Shown in pieces: positions 47,997 through 59,439 of a DNA stretch of 64,000 nucleotides. Where the stretch lies: positions 558,001-622,000 of the forward strand of contig CM082577.2 in assembly GCA_040954595.2 (NCBI GenBank). Direction: 5' to 3'. Position numbers and translations under genes: made by a program. The DNA comes from Balanoglossus misakiensis (Eukaryota > Animalia > Hemichordata). The notes below the pieces were generated by a model. The model did no database searches. It was not told the origin of the DNA and saw only the letters and a program-made list of their open reading frames with translations. Each line of letters begins with the position of its first letter. Positions within the stretch are counted from its first letter, which is position 1.

Positions 47997-50900
47997 TCAG
48001 ATTTGCCTGTAGCCTTCATTGGCTGCAGACATAGACTGCCATTCAACAATGAAGAAACACAAGGCGCCTGCCGTTCCGAAGACCACCAGAATCAGCAACT
48101 GCCAGTGAAGAACCAACCAGATGCTGTAGAAGAAGGCAATGGCTGCAGAAGAAGACTGGAAAAGGAAATAGAGAAAATGAACAAACAAATATTGTAATTA
48201 TTGTTGAATGGCTGTCAAGTACGAAAATGTATGATTCTCATAACACTGGATATTTTGCGTTACTATAAACACTGCAGCTGTTCACACAAGCTCCAATGGA
48301 TTATGATATTTTAAAGAAATTCTCATTTTACTCTCAGGTCCATCGTTGTTCAAAATAAAATTACAGCTGTACAGGAATTTGACATGGCTGCCAGGCAATC
48401 TGAGTCACCCCCATTCCCCTGTTCACATCACCGAACATTTTTAAAATCTTTCTGAAAGAGTACCTACATCTAAAGGTGACAGAAGAGTGACGACTGTCAT
48501 GGAAAAGATTTCATTTTTTTTGGACCTCACCTGCACGAATTTGAAGAGTGCAAAGGCTGGGGCGCTGTCTTCAGGAAACATGAACCCAAGGATGGAATAG
48601 ATTTGAGTGTTGAAACAACTGTCACCAAAACCCAACATGAATGCACAAAGAAGTGCTACAGCCTCACTGAAAAAAGGAACAAGATGCTTCAGTATTACAA
48701 GAACACAGAATATTCACTGTTTTCTGTTAAGGTCTGGAAAGATTGGTCAATGATTCGGGAATCCTGTTAAAATGAAGGAAATTGAAACACAGTGTCCAGT
48801 CAAAGTTGTGATATTCACAAACAATGACTACAGTGAAAGAATTATTTCCTTGAACAATATCTACAGTATTTCATGAGTGCGGGTAAAAAGTAAAGCTCAC
48901 CTTGGTCCAAGTATTGAATTTTTATTGGAGTCTGTATTGGTTGTCTCCGTTGGTAAGTTGATATATATCAAGTAGAAGCATGCCATATGTACAATATAGC
49001 CCAACAAGACAATAGGATCGCGTCCATGTCGTATTGTACGCTTACCCAATAAACCAAACATGCTACCACCTGCAACGGTCAGAAGAAATGAAGAACCACA
49101 AATGGATGACAGGAACAGTTAAACATTCACACAAAATGACCATACCATGGCATACACATTCAAGATTATATTTCTGATTTTGCCGAGCCTTACCCAGAAT
49201 TTCACCAACGCCGATCAGCATTCCACTCAACCCAATCACACCCTTGGCATCTCCTAATGAAGTTGTATGTCCGAGACATGTTCCATACACTCCACTGAAG
49301 AAAGTCAACTCCAGGCCTGGAAAGAAAGCAGATATCACATGACACCAGTAAAGATGGCATCCATCTTGATTTTTTTTACTTTGAAATGGCATTCCCCCTT
49401 TTGTAAAATATGGCATCCCATCTACTTCATTTCTGACCTAAGAATGTCAGTGTTCCTGGAGGAAGACCAACAGTACCATATCTATTTTAGTTTATTTACC
49501 TGTGTAAGCAAAACACACACTCAGAAGTAAAATTTCTCTTGTCTTCAAAAGCTGAACAGCCCTCTCTGCAATAGAAAGAAAACTACCAATCAGATACCAG
49601 TTCCATAAAGCAATATGGTACTCCATACGATCAAGAATACATCACAAACAGTCGATTCAGGCATTTCAGTTATGGGACAAGACACATACGTTCACCATTG
49701 TTCATATGTCATATCCCACCAGTCAAACATTGCAGAGGGATTCACCCAACAATGGGACAACATCTGATCATCATGTCATGTCCATAAATGCATATCATTT
49801 TCAGAGATGCAATCTTCTTGAATTCCTTCCACGATTTTAATCACATGTGCGGCGAAGGTAAAGATCGGAACAACCCTACATCTAATGTTAATCAGATTGA
49901 CTTTTTGTCTATCTATTACACCATGAGATTGCCGGCATGAGCAGTTTAAAGCTACGATCTAGTTATTTATGACTGGTCTATGGAGTGTCAAGTCATCAGA
50001 ATTTGCAAGTGTGTGAATTGCGCAGCATATCATTTAATTCACATAAACCAATGTGTATCTGGCAATGTAGATAATTATCATGTAATCACATAGGACATCA
50101 CAGTTTATGCACAGTAGAAACACAGCACAGAGCTGAAATGTACCATCTACGCAGCTCAGAGAAGAATGTGTGAACCACATTTTGAAAGCACTATGAAATA
50201 TTTCAGAATTTCACTTCACTGACAACAAAAAGGATCATGCTAACTTCATAATTAGCAAAATTATGAAATGAAACAATATGCATGTTTTTAGACTCTCTCT
50301 GAGCCAGCATTTTTGCAGAGGTTAGCATGGAATGATTTTGTCTGCTCACACAGTGGTACATACCCAGTCTGTTAAGTGAGTAACTACACCGACGCGAATG
50401 TCGATGTCGGACTCCTAGAAAGGGTTAAATCCAGAGTTATAATGGAGAAGACATTACAGGTATGTATACATGCAACTTCCAAAATGTGGTTATCAGAATA
50501 TGATTGATATCTTAGATGGCACTGCATTCATATGGTTATGTTTGCCCTATTTCACACTTTGAGACAAATTGGTTTGTTTTATCTGATGCTTCTTACACAT
50601 CTTATACTCACTAAAAGCATGGACTGGACCCTCTGCTGGTTTCTCCTTAACAGAACTGACAAAAAAACAAGAAAAAGAGTATTACTTGACAAACTTACAT
50701 TCTTATTAGAACAGAAAAGATTTTAACCAAAGATGGACACATCTTTCAAAAATAAGCCTAACCCTCACCTTGTGTTAATACTCAGTAAATCATTGGTATC
50801 TGTTGACCTTTTACTTCTCAGCAGAAAAAATAAAAGTATTCCAATGCAAGCAACAACCAGCAAAACTACAAACACAGTGGTTCGGGTATTTTCTACAGGA

Positions 50901-52432
50901 TGAAGAAAAGACAACTTAAAGTACAACTCTTTGTGATGACATCTTGAGAGAAATGTTCTAATTCTGTATCTAATGAAGGTACAACTCAAAAGTCATAACT
51001 ACTGGTACTGTAGAAAAATATGTTGAGCACTATAATTGTTTATAGGAACACCTCACCTGCTATTATAGATTGTCCTTTAAACTTGAAGAAGACAAAAAGA
51101 TTTCCAAAAAGTAAACTACACTGAAGCAGTGCCCAGAATATTCCACTATTACGACCAATCGTTTCAGTGTCTGAGTTGATGGTTAGAAAATTGCCCTGTC
51201 CAGTCCATATAACTGAAAAGAGAGGATTATTGTCTTAAAATTGAATTCGTGTACAGAACATGATTTGGGGAAGCATTTTTAATACATGCATTGATTTGAC
51301 CAGGAAAATTTTCAGAGAATGGAGGTCCATTGAGGCTTGTACACACTAGAAACTTCACCAGACCCAGGACTACTTCCAACTACCTGATCAAATCAAAGCA
51401 ATATTTTATCCACAGATTCGTTGTTTTTTTTTCACTGAAAATTATTATATTTTCTGCTAGAGGAGAAAACTGACAAAATACAGATCATCAATTTTGGTAT
51501 GGCTCATATTTCTTGCCACCAATATGCTGAAGTCTATCAAATTAAATGTACTTACTTGCAGCCCCTATACCAACAAGCACCGATGTTGTATACAGAACCC
51601 ATTCTGTGGGTTTGAGGAACCCACCAATAAATAATGCATATGTGATGCCACCAGCCACCATGGACCATTTTGGGCCAAGAACGCTGACAACAGATGGAGA
51701 GATCCAATTGGATACTGCAAAGACAGCATAGATGATAGCCAGACTGGTGTAGCCATCACCCTTGAAAGTTTGGTTTCCATGGAGAGTTGCATTGTAACTT
51801 TTCAAGACTGTTTGCTGAAATTTCAAAAGAAGATATGCACAGTTCAGAATTTTATGTCACAAGCACTAAGGCTTTGTTGTGTTGTGATGTGAAAAATGAG
51901 TGGTACTTAATATTACCAATAAATTATGTATACAACATGTACCTTCATAATTATCATAAATAGAGAGTTTTAAGATCCATTACAGATTTTCAAGCTGCAG
52001 TACCCCAGTCTGTGCACAAAAAAACATGCATTCACACATACACACGTACCACACCACAGTCGCTTGAAAACAACGCACAGTTTCCAGGCGACTGTGACGC
52101 GTACGCGCAGACTTGCAGCTCACAAGCGACTGTGGGCTGGACCACAGTCCCTCAAGAAAGGAGGGACTGTGGCTGGACGAGACGGGTGAGTCCTAGTCTT
52201 ACGCGGACCCACCCTACTTGATCATGACATAATCACATCAGACAGTCCATGATCATCATAACACTGCATAGTGACCCAAACCGAAACGGCGGCGCGTTGC
52301 CTTGGCTAAGAGCCGGCATATTATTTTCATGCGACTTACCTCTATCATCGAACATGTTTGGAAAGCGGTGAATAAAAACATAAACGCAAAACCTAGAATG
52401 ATTACATTGACCAAACGGATATCACACGCCAT
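47997..52432 (-). CDS. MFSD11: UNC93-like MFS protein MFSD11, 10 coding exons, ~442 aa
   Basis: Exons 52432-52340, 51814-51556, 51212-51057, 50892-50769, 50655-50612, 49565-49500, 49316-49194, 49069-48901, 48666-48531 and 48155-47997 (1329 nt, in phase). Motifs GFAFMFLFTAFQT, GDGYTSLAIIY, WTGQGNFL, GLELTFFSGVYGTC, GFGDSCFNTQ, SAPAFALFKFVQS. Confidence 0.95.
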
Positions 52433-52955
52433 GTTGATCGCTTGGTTTTGTGACCTGTGTCGGATTTATCATGTGATCCACGTCACGTGACAGATACAAG
52501 GTCAAAAGTTGAAACGCCGACATCGTTGACACACATGTTCATATCCTTCTCTGAATTTTGTTGAATTCACCAAAAGATAATACGGATACATATCAATAGA
52601 ACTCACATTTAATAAGTTGGCCGTCCACATAGATTTCTTAACTTTGGTCTAAAATTGGCCAAAGATGCCAAAAGAGCATACACTTGCATCACAGTCACAG
52701 GCGGCGGAATACCACTGACTGTAGCCTGATAGAAAATTTCTTCTTTACATTAATAATTAGGACGATTATTCACATGCGGTGATAATTTATATCTCACAAC
52801 AAAGCCTTAGCACATGTACATATATATGCAGTACATGCTGTCGATCCATGCAATGTATTTCGGTTCACATGACAACAAATTGAACCATTTTTGGACACAC
52901 TGGCTTGCAATCAATCAATCAATTAGGCCTAAATATTTTAATATACTATCGTGAT

Positions 52956-53684
52956 TTATGTTTTGAAGGCTTCATACAAAATTTGTACGTCACACTCTCT
53001 TCGACTTGCTACTTTTCTGATACGACTCGGCATGTTTGGTCCAAGCAAGTCACTACGACCAACTTGGTTTGTGTGGTAAAAAATGATCAAAATGTCCACT
53101 AAACAGAATGTCCCGTCTTTTAGCATCTTATCGAGAACCTCGTACTCCGTTCCCCCGACGTTCATCTTCAAAACGACGAAATCTTCTTTTGCTGTGTTAT
53201 AACGGAGCCATTTACTGAAGTTGACCGTCCTTTTCACCTTTTCAAGGTTAAAACTCAAAGGCTCGTCGTTATGCCATGCTGCAGTCTCGGCGTATAACGT
53301 GAACCCGTACTGTCGCTTCATCTCGTTCAAACTTTCGTGGAAACGAGAATCCGCGTCAAAGACAAACACCTTCCACTTTTTGGGATCGTACATACAAGGC
53401 AATGCAGTAGTTCTGATGTTTGGCACAAGAGGTCCTCGTTTATAAAATTCCCGCACAGACTGGCCATCTCCTGTCCCGACATCGATGTAGATACCCTCTG
53501 GTTCACGATATGGTCGGAAAAAACGCCTCTCCCGACACGGTCCGTTTCTCAAACGCTTTATTCTCAACAAAACCGGTTCAAAGTGTCCTTCGGTTAACAA
53601 TAAGATGAGGAGTGTGAGCGACGCTATGGTGACTACGAAATAAAATGACCGTGAACTTCTTCGTGTCCAAAAGCGAATCATCAT
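52956..53684 (-). CDS. Intronless FkbM-like (class I SAM-dependent) methyltransferase with N-terminal signal-anchor, 242 aa
   Basis: Hydrophobic anchor FVVTIASLTLLILLL, motif I-like IYIDVGTGDG, VFVFDAD, and FkbM-type VVLKMNVGGTEYEVLDKML. Confidence 0.72.
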   Translation of the reverse strand: MMIRFWTRRSSRSFYFVVTIASLTLLILLLTEGHFEPVLLRIKRLRNGPCRERRFFRPYREPEGIYIDVGTGDGQSVREFYKRGPLVPNIRTTALPCMYDPKKWKVFVFDADSRFHESLNEMKRQYGFTLYAETAAWHNDEPLSFNLEKVKRTVNFSKWLRYNTAKEDFVVLKMNVGGTEYEVLDKMLKDGTFCLVDILIIFYHTNQVGRSDLLGPNMPSRIRKVASRRECDVQILYEAFKT

Positions 53685-54239
53685 CGCCTTTATGCTCTCA
53701 CGCGCCAGTGAAACGCATGTTTGTTGTAACGAATAACCTCAATTGTTCTCAAGGCCTTCTTCTACATCGCCTTCTTTCCAGAGGTCGTAAATCTATCTCT
53801 GAAGACTGAGAGAAAAATAAAATTCCAGAAATAGTTGTAAAGCTTATAGTCTCCATACAATATATAGTCAACAACATTGTGTAATGCTTACAAAGTTTGC
53901 TCAAACACTTGTTTGCATACAATGTTTCGCGAAATCCATATATCATGCGTGATTATGTTAATAAACCATAAAAGAGCGCGTTTCGTGAAGTTCAGCAAAA
54001 CGCCACCCGTCCGATATTAACACCATAGATGAACACAGCAGGTTAAAAATCACACAAACCTAATTTTGATGGCCTAATTGCAAGTTCTTTTTATTCGTCT
54101 CACACATTTCCAGTACCATCACTGCAGTAGATGGTGGGCGTTTTCGTGAGAGTAAGCTTTATGCAGTGCCTATATAGTCAGGTTTTGAAGGCCATGTCAA
54201 CATTGCACTCTCGCGGGTACTCATGCTTGCAAATAATAT

Positions 54240-54829
54240 TGTCGCGGAATTATATTTCTAGCTACGCGGGTCCGCAACAAACGCCCGTCACGGTTCGAAT
54301 CCACGCGGATAGACTGGTGAGGTCCACACACCAAAATAGTTGTCTCGGTAGCGTACGCCAATCGCGGGCCCAGCTCAACCTTGATACAATGGGTCTCCCA
54401 GAAAGGGCGAAGTAATAACGCACAACACAAATAGCAGCAATAAAAGAAACTCAATGTATTACTAAGACGGTCGACAAAAACGTCCGACCTCAACAGGTTA
54501 CAGCTCCAATCTCACAACTTCTCCTAGCACGAGTGAAAACGACGCATCCCTTGACAGGTCAGGTGACATGAGCCTCCCACTGCCATTGGCCGAAAGTCGA
54601 CGGGAAGGCGTGTCCCTGTCATTTTATAGGGAAAGGCAACAAACTGTATTTGGTCAAACGAACACAACACTAGAACAATCGAATTGAAGTACTCTTTTCT
54701 GAACAAGCATGCATAAACTCGCGTTATAAAGAACGCCACCAGTTATCTGTATACGAAGGCAGAACAAGCTATGGCACTGGTAATAACGTCAGGCAAATGA
54801 GAATGACAACATGGAGAATTTCCATCACA
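54240..54829 (-). repeat. 3' LTR of Gypsy element (590 bp)
   Basis: No difference seen by eye versus 61066-61655; termini tgt...aca. Confidence 0.97.
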
Positions 54830-54841
54830 TACCCCCTCCCT
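54830..54841 (-). other. Polypurine tract (PPT)
   Basis: Minus strand agggagggggta directly precedes the 3' LTR. Confidence 0.88.
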
Positions 54842-54995
54842 AGACCAAACTACTCGTATGTTTGAGTCTAACGATAACATAATGTCATTGTCATTGCCAC
54901 TGTGGCATAAAAGTGCATTAAGAGTTCATACAGTTAAATTCCTAAGGTTCAACGCTTCATCTTAAAGTCAGTCAACAGTTTACATCCCCAACAGT

Positions 54996-57900
54996 TCAGT
55001 TCTGTCCAAATCCATAGAAGTTTGTTGGTTTTCGTCTCCTCCTGGGGTATCGTCCAGTCACCACAGGTCCATCCTTGGTCAATATCTCGTCCCCTGCATT
55101 ACCAGTTCTGTAATCCCCGGTATCATCCATAGAACAACCAGCGACGGGTTCCAGGTCCTGGTGTTCAAAGCCCTCGGTATCGTCTTCAAGGAGTTCGATC
55201 CCAGCAACTGGTTTCACAATCTCTGTATCTTCTCCACCATATAACTGGGTAGTACTCTTCCCGTCTTCCTGTGTGTCGAAAGGCCGATCGGCTGGGAGAG
55301 ATTCTTCGGCCTTAGGTGGCAATTCAGTTTCTGGCATGCCATCCTGGATTCGCTGGTCCAGATCGGGCAAGCAGGAGCGATCCAGCCAGGGGGTAAGTGG
55401 TTTCCCCTCGTAACGTTTCAACTTCTCAAAATGAACAACCTTATATTTCGCACGAGGGCTCCGCTGTATGCGGTACACAACATCAGAAACTCGACCAACC
55501 ACCATATACGGACCCTCATAATTGAGCTGGAGTTTGGGACAAAACCCCTTCTTCCGTCGCTCATCCTTTAACCACACAAACTCTCCAGCAGTGAGTCCAT
55601 CTTTGTCCAGATATCTATCATACTGTTTCTTTTGTATACGAGCACTGCGTTTCAGCTGCTCCCTGGCCCAAGCATGGGCATCCTGTATCTTGGAACGCAG
55701 GGTCCAAGCATAGTCCGACCCAACACTGTCATCATTTTCGAGGTTATTTTCAAACATCAGATCGACAGGCAATGAAATTTCGCGCCCAAGCATCAGCATG
55801 TTTGGACTATCCCCAGTAGAGGAGTGCACAGCAGACCTATAGGCCATGGTAACGTACGGCAAGTAAGTGTCCCAGTCACGTTGGTGGGCCTTGGGTTCCA
55901 AGTATGTCTTAAGAGACCCAACAATGAATTTCATGTGTCTTTCCACCATTCCATCACTCTGGGGATGGCGAGGTGTCGTATACGTTTTGGAAGTTCCCAC
56001 AAGAGAACATACCTCTCTGAAGACGGATGAAATAAAATCTCTGCCCCTATCCGAGTGAATTTCTTTGGGCATGCCAAAACGGCTGAACACATTACTTACA
56101 AGGGCTTCGGCTACAGTTACCGCCCTCTCATCTTTTATCGGGACACACTCTAGCCACTTTGTGAAATAATCGGCAAAGACTAGCACCTTCTTATTGCCAT
56201 TAGAGCTTTCTGGAAATGGCCCCAAGATGTCTATGGCTACCCTCTCCATCGGGCAACCAACGATATAAGTCTGTAAGGGCGCTTTCTTCCGTCGACCTAC
56301 AGACTGTCGACAAGCGCAAATATCACAACCCCTAACAAAAGATCGAACGTCTGCCGTCATACCAGACCAGAAATATCGCAGACGCACCTTAGAAAGTAGC
56401 TTATCCATACCCAAATGACCCCCCCGATTTGGCAGTGTGTAATTCCTGCAACACTGACTCTCGACAATCCTGCGGTAGGTACAATTGCCACCGGACACGT
56501 AAACCATCGGCAGACTCAAATAGCCTGTATAAGACTCCATTTGCAACACGCAAATGGTCGAATGAAGCCCAACAATTTTTGACCTCCGGAGAGAAGGTAG
56601 AAACATCCTCCCACTTAGGCCTGGCTTCCTTATTCTCTACAGCACAAATCAAAAGTTTCATACCGGCAACCCGGCATTGCTTTTCCCGAAGTTCTTCATT
56701 TGACCATACTGGTTTCGAGACAAGTACCCCTGGATCACCCTGTCCGTTCCCCTCACAGATACTCTCCGTCTCAATCTCAGCAGATCTGGCGGCCACACCA
56801 GACCTGCCATACTGATTCATCACGGACCCTGTTTGCAATTCCTTCACTTGGCCGAATTCATTATCCGACGGATTTAATGTAAAACAGCCATGGCTAGACT
56901 CTTCCTGTGTCTTTGTCTGACAGGTGGGAGCCTCAGTACTAGCATGCATCTGCCCACACTGTTTACAATCATAAGCCGGCAACCGACTCAGGGCATCTGC
57001 ATTTGCATGGCGTAACCCTGGTCTGTGCACAATAGTAAAATCAAACTGTTGTAATAGCTCCAACCAACGGGCTAATTGCCCTTCTGGGTTCTTGAAACGC
57101 ATCAGCCAAGTCAAGGATGCATGATCTGTACGCAAAATAAACTTACGACCAAGCAAGTAGTGTCGATAATACTTCACAAAATTCACCACCGCAAGCAACT
57201 CCTTTCTAGTTACACAATACTTGCGCTCTGCACTTGACAACACTCTACCACCGTAACTGATGGGGCGTTCCACGCCATCTTGCACCTGTGCTAAAACAGC
57301 CCCGATGCCAGTGCCACTGGCATCCGTATCCAATATAAAAGTGTCATTTGCAGACGGAAATGCCAACACAGGGGCCACTGTCAAAGCATGCTTCAATTCA
57401 TCAAATGCTTCCTGGCACTTTTCAGACCATACAAATACAACATTTTTCTTTGTGAGGTCATGTAAAGGCCTTGCCATTTCGGCAAAATTTTTCACAAATC
57501 GTCTGTAGTACGAAACAAGGCCAAGGAAAGCACGTACTTCTGTCACTGACCCCGGTGTTGGCCATTTCTCGATAATCTCAACCTTCCCCGAGTCAGTTGC
57601 AACACCTCCCGCTGAGACGGTATGTCCCAAAAACTCGACAGTGGTAGCAAACAACACACATTTATTTGGCTTCAACTTAAGCCCAGCTTGTCGTAAGCGA
57701 TCGAATACCATTTTGAGTCGCGCTAGTTCGTCCTCAAATGACTTTGCGAAGACAATAACATCATCCAAATACAATAAAAGGATTTTCCATGATAATCCAC
57801 TAAAACACCGCTCCATGATCCTTTCAAAAGTACTGGGTGCATTAGTTAGTCCAAACGGGAGGACTTTCCACTGATATAAGCCTGTCTTAGTGCAGAACGC

Positions 57901-59439
57901 TGTGTATGGCTGTGAATCTGGGTCTAACTCAATTTGCCAGTACCCAGATTGCAAATCAAGGGTGGAAAACCACTCTGCCCCATGTAAGGACTCAAGGGCA
58001 TCATCGATTCTGGGAAGTGGAAAACTGTCTTTCACTGTCAGCGCATTCAATTTTCTATAGTCTACACACAGACGTTGGGACCCGTCCTTCTTTTTAACCA
58101 GGACTACTGGAGAAGCCCACGGACTTGTGGACTCTTCAATCAAACCCCTATCTAGTAAATCTTTCACCTGTCTGTCCACTTCTTCCTGTTTCCAGATAGG
58201 CGTGCGATATGGTCGTTGTCTGACGGGATTGCCATCGACCACCACCTTATGTTTAATAATATCCGACCTACCTATGTCCCTATCATTCCGACTAAAGACA
58301 TCGGCTGACTTAACCAGTAAATCAGCCAATTCTTGTTTCTGTTTTTCATCTAAGAGTCTACTACTTTTTTCATACAAATCAGAAAGATGGTCAGGTATTA
58401 CAGTATCACATGTAGTGTTTCCATCCATAGTTTTTATGGATATTGCTCCAGTCCCCTTAGAATCACTCGGAGATAAATCAAATGGCTCTATTTCCCCATG
58501 CTCAACCCTAAGTAATGCCAGTACAGTCCCAGCTTTTACATGATGATCAGTTTCGTTAACATTAAGAACTCTCAAGGGGATTCTTGAATCCCATGGGTTT
58601 ACTACAGCATGGCATACACCCACACCATCAGTAAACCCCTTGACTGATGTGGTGGGCAAGACCATGGCAGTGAAATCACCTGAATCCTCGGTGCAGACTC
58701 GGGCCCTCGTCAACCGTTTAACACTAGCCACTCGAGGGTGCCCTTCCATGAAGCCCAGCTGCCCGTCTACAGGTAATTTTGCCTTTCTACAAAATACCAT
58801 GGTCTCGCTACACGCAGGGATAACAACATCTCTATCAACCCTCAGTCGAGTAACATAAGGCTTGGTCCCCCTTGGCGTGATAGGTTTGTCATGACATGTA
58901 ATGATTTCCCCATTAACGTGTAATACCCCAGCACAGGCGTCAATCTTTACATTTAATGGGCCAATCGCTGAAAGACCAAGAACACCCGGGTCCCATGGTT
59001 CCAACTCAACCACATAGACAGGTACCCTAGCATGTGTTCCCTTTAAGGTCACTTCTAAATAACAAAACCCAAGAACTTCTTGTTTATTATTACCAAAAGC
59101 ACTGACAGCCTCCTTGACATGATATAGCGGAGGTCGCTCATCCATTGGAATTTTTGAATACCAGTGCTCTGCCAGGAAAGTGTCAGTAGCACCTGTGTCA
59201 ATCTGAATACGACCCGGTATACCCTGAATGGCAATGTCAGTGAACAATCTAGTTTTACCACACCAAGATGAATGACTCAAATTATGATCGACGGTAATGT
59301 TGTTCAATGATTTTGTATCTTTAGTATTAGTAGTCACTGAGCCCTTTAAACCATTAGCGCCATTTCTGGCCTGATCGCTAATGTCCTTATTTATTGGGAC
59401 TGGGGGTTGGGCTGTACGCCCAGTCCACCCAAGTTTAAC
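54996..59439 (-). CDS. Gypsy Pol (protease, RT, RNase H, integrase), split by a 1-nt frameshift at ~56420
   Basis: Protease IDTGA; RT LCVDYRKLN, LDLQSGYWQ, YLDDVI; RNase H LDTDASG, TDHASL; integrase H..GH..C..C zinc finger, IDILGP, HSDRG, PQSDGMVER, and GPY motif. Covered by ORFs 56401-59505 and 54996-56606. Confidence 0.95.

Noticed and set aside
54305-54360. Hammerhead ribozyme-like ctggtga core in the LTR
   Set aside because: No matching stem II-GAAA element or cleavage-site helix was found.
54131-54739. Short ORFs duplicated at 61002-61565
   Set aside because: Chance frames within the two identical LTRs; no recognisable motifs and no env-like gene.
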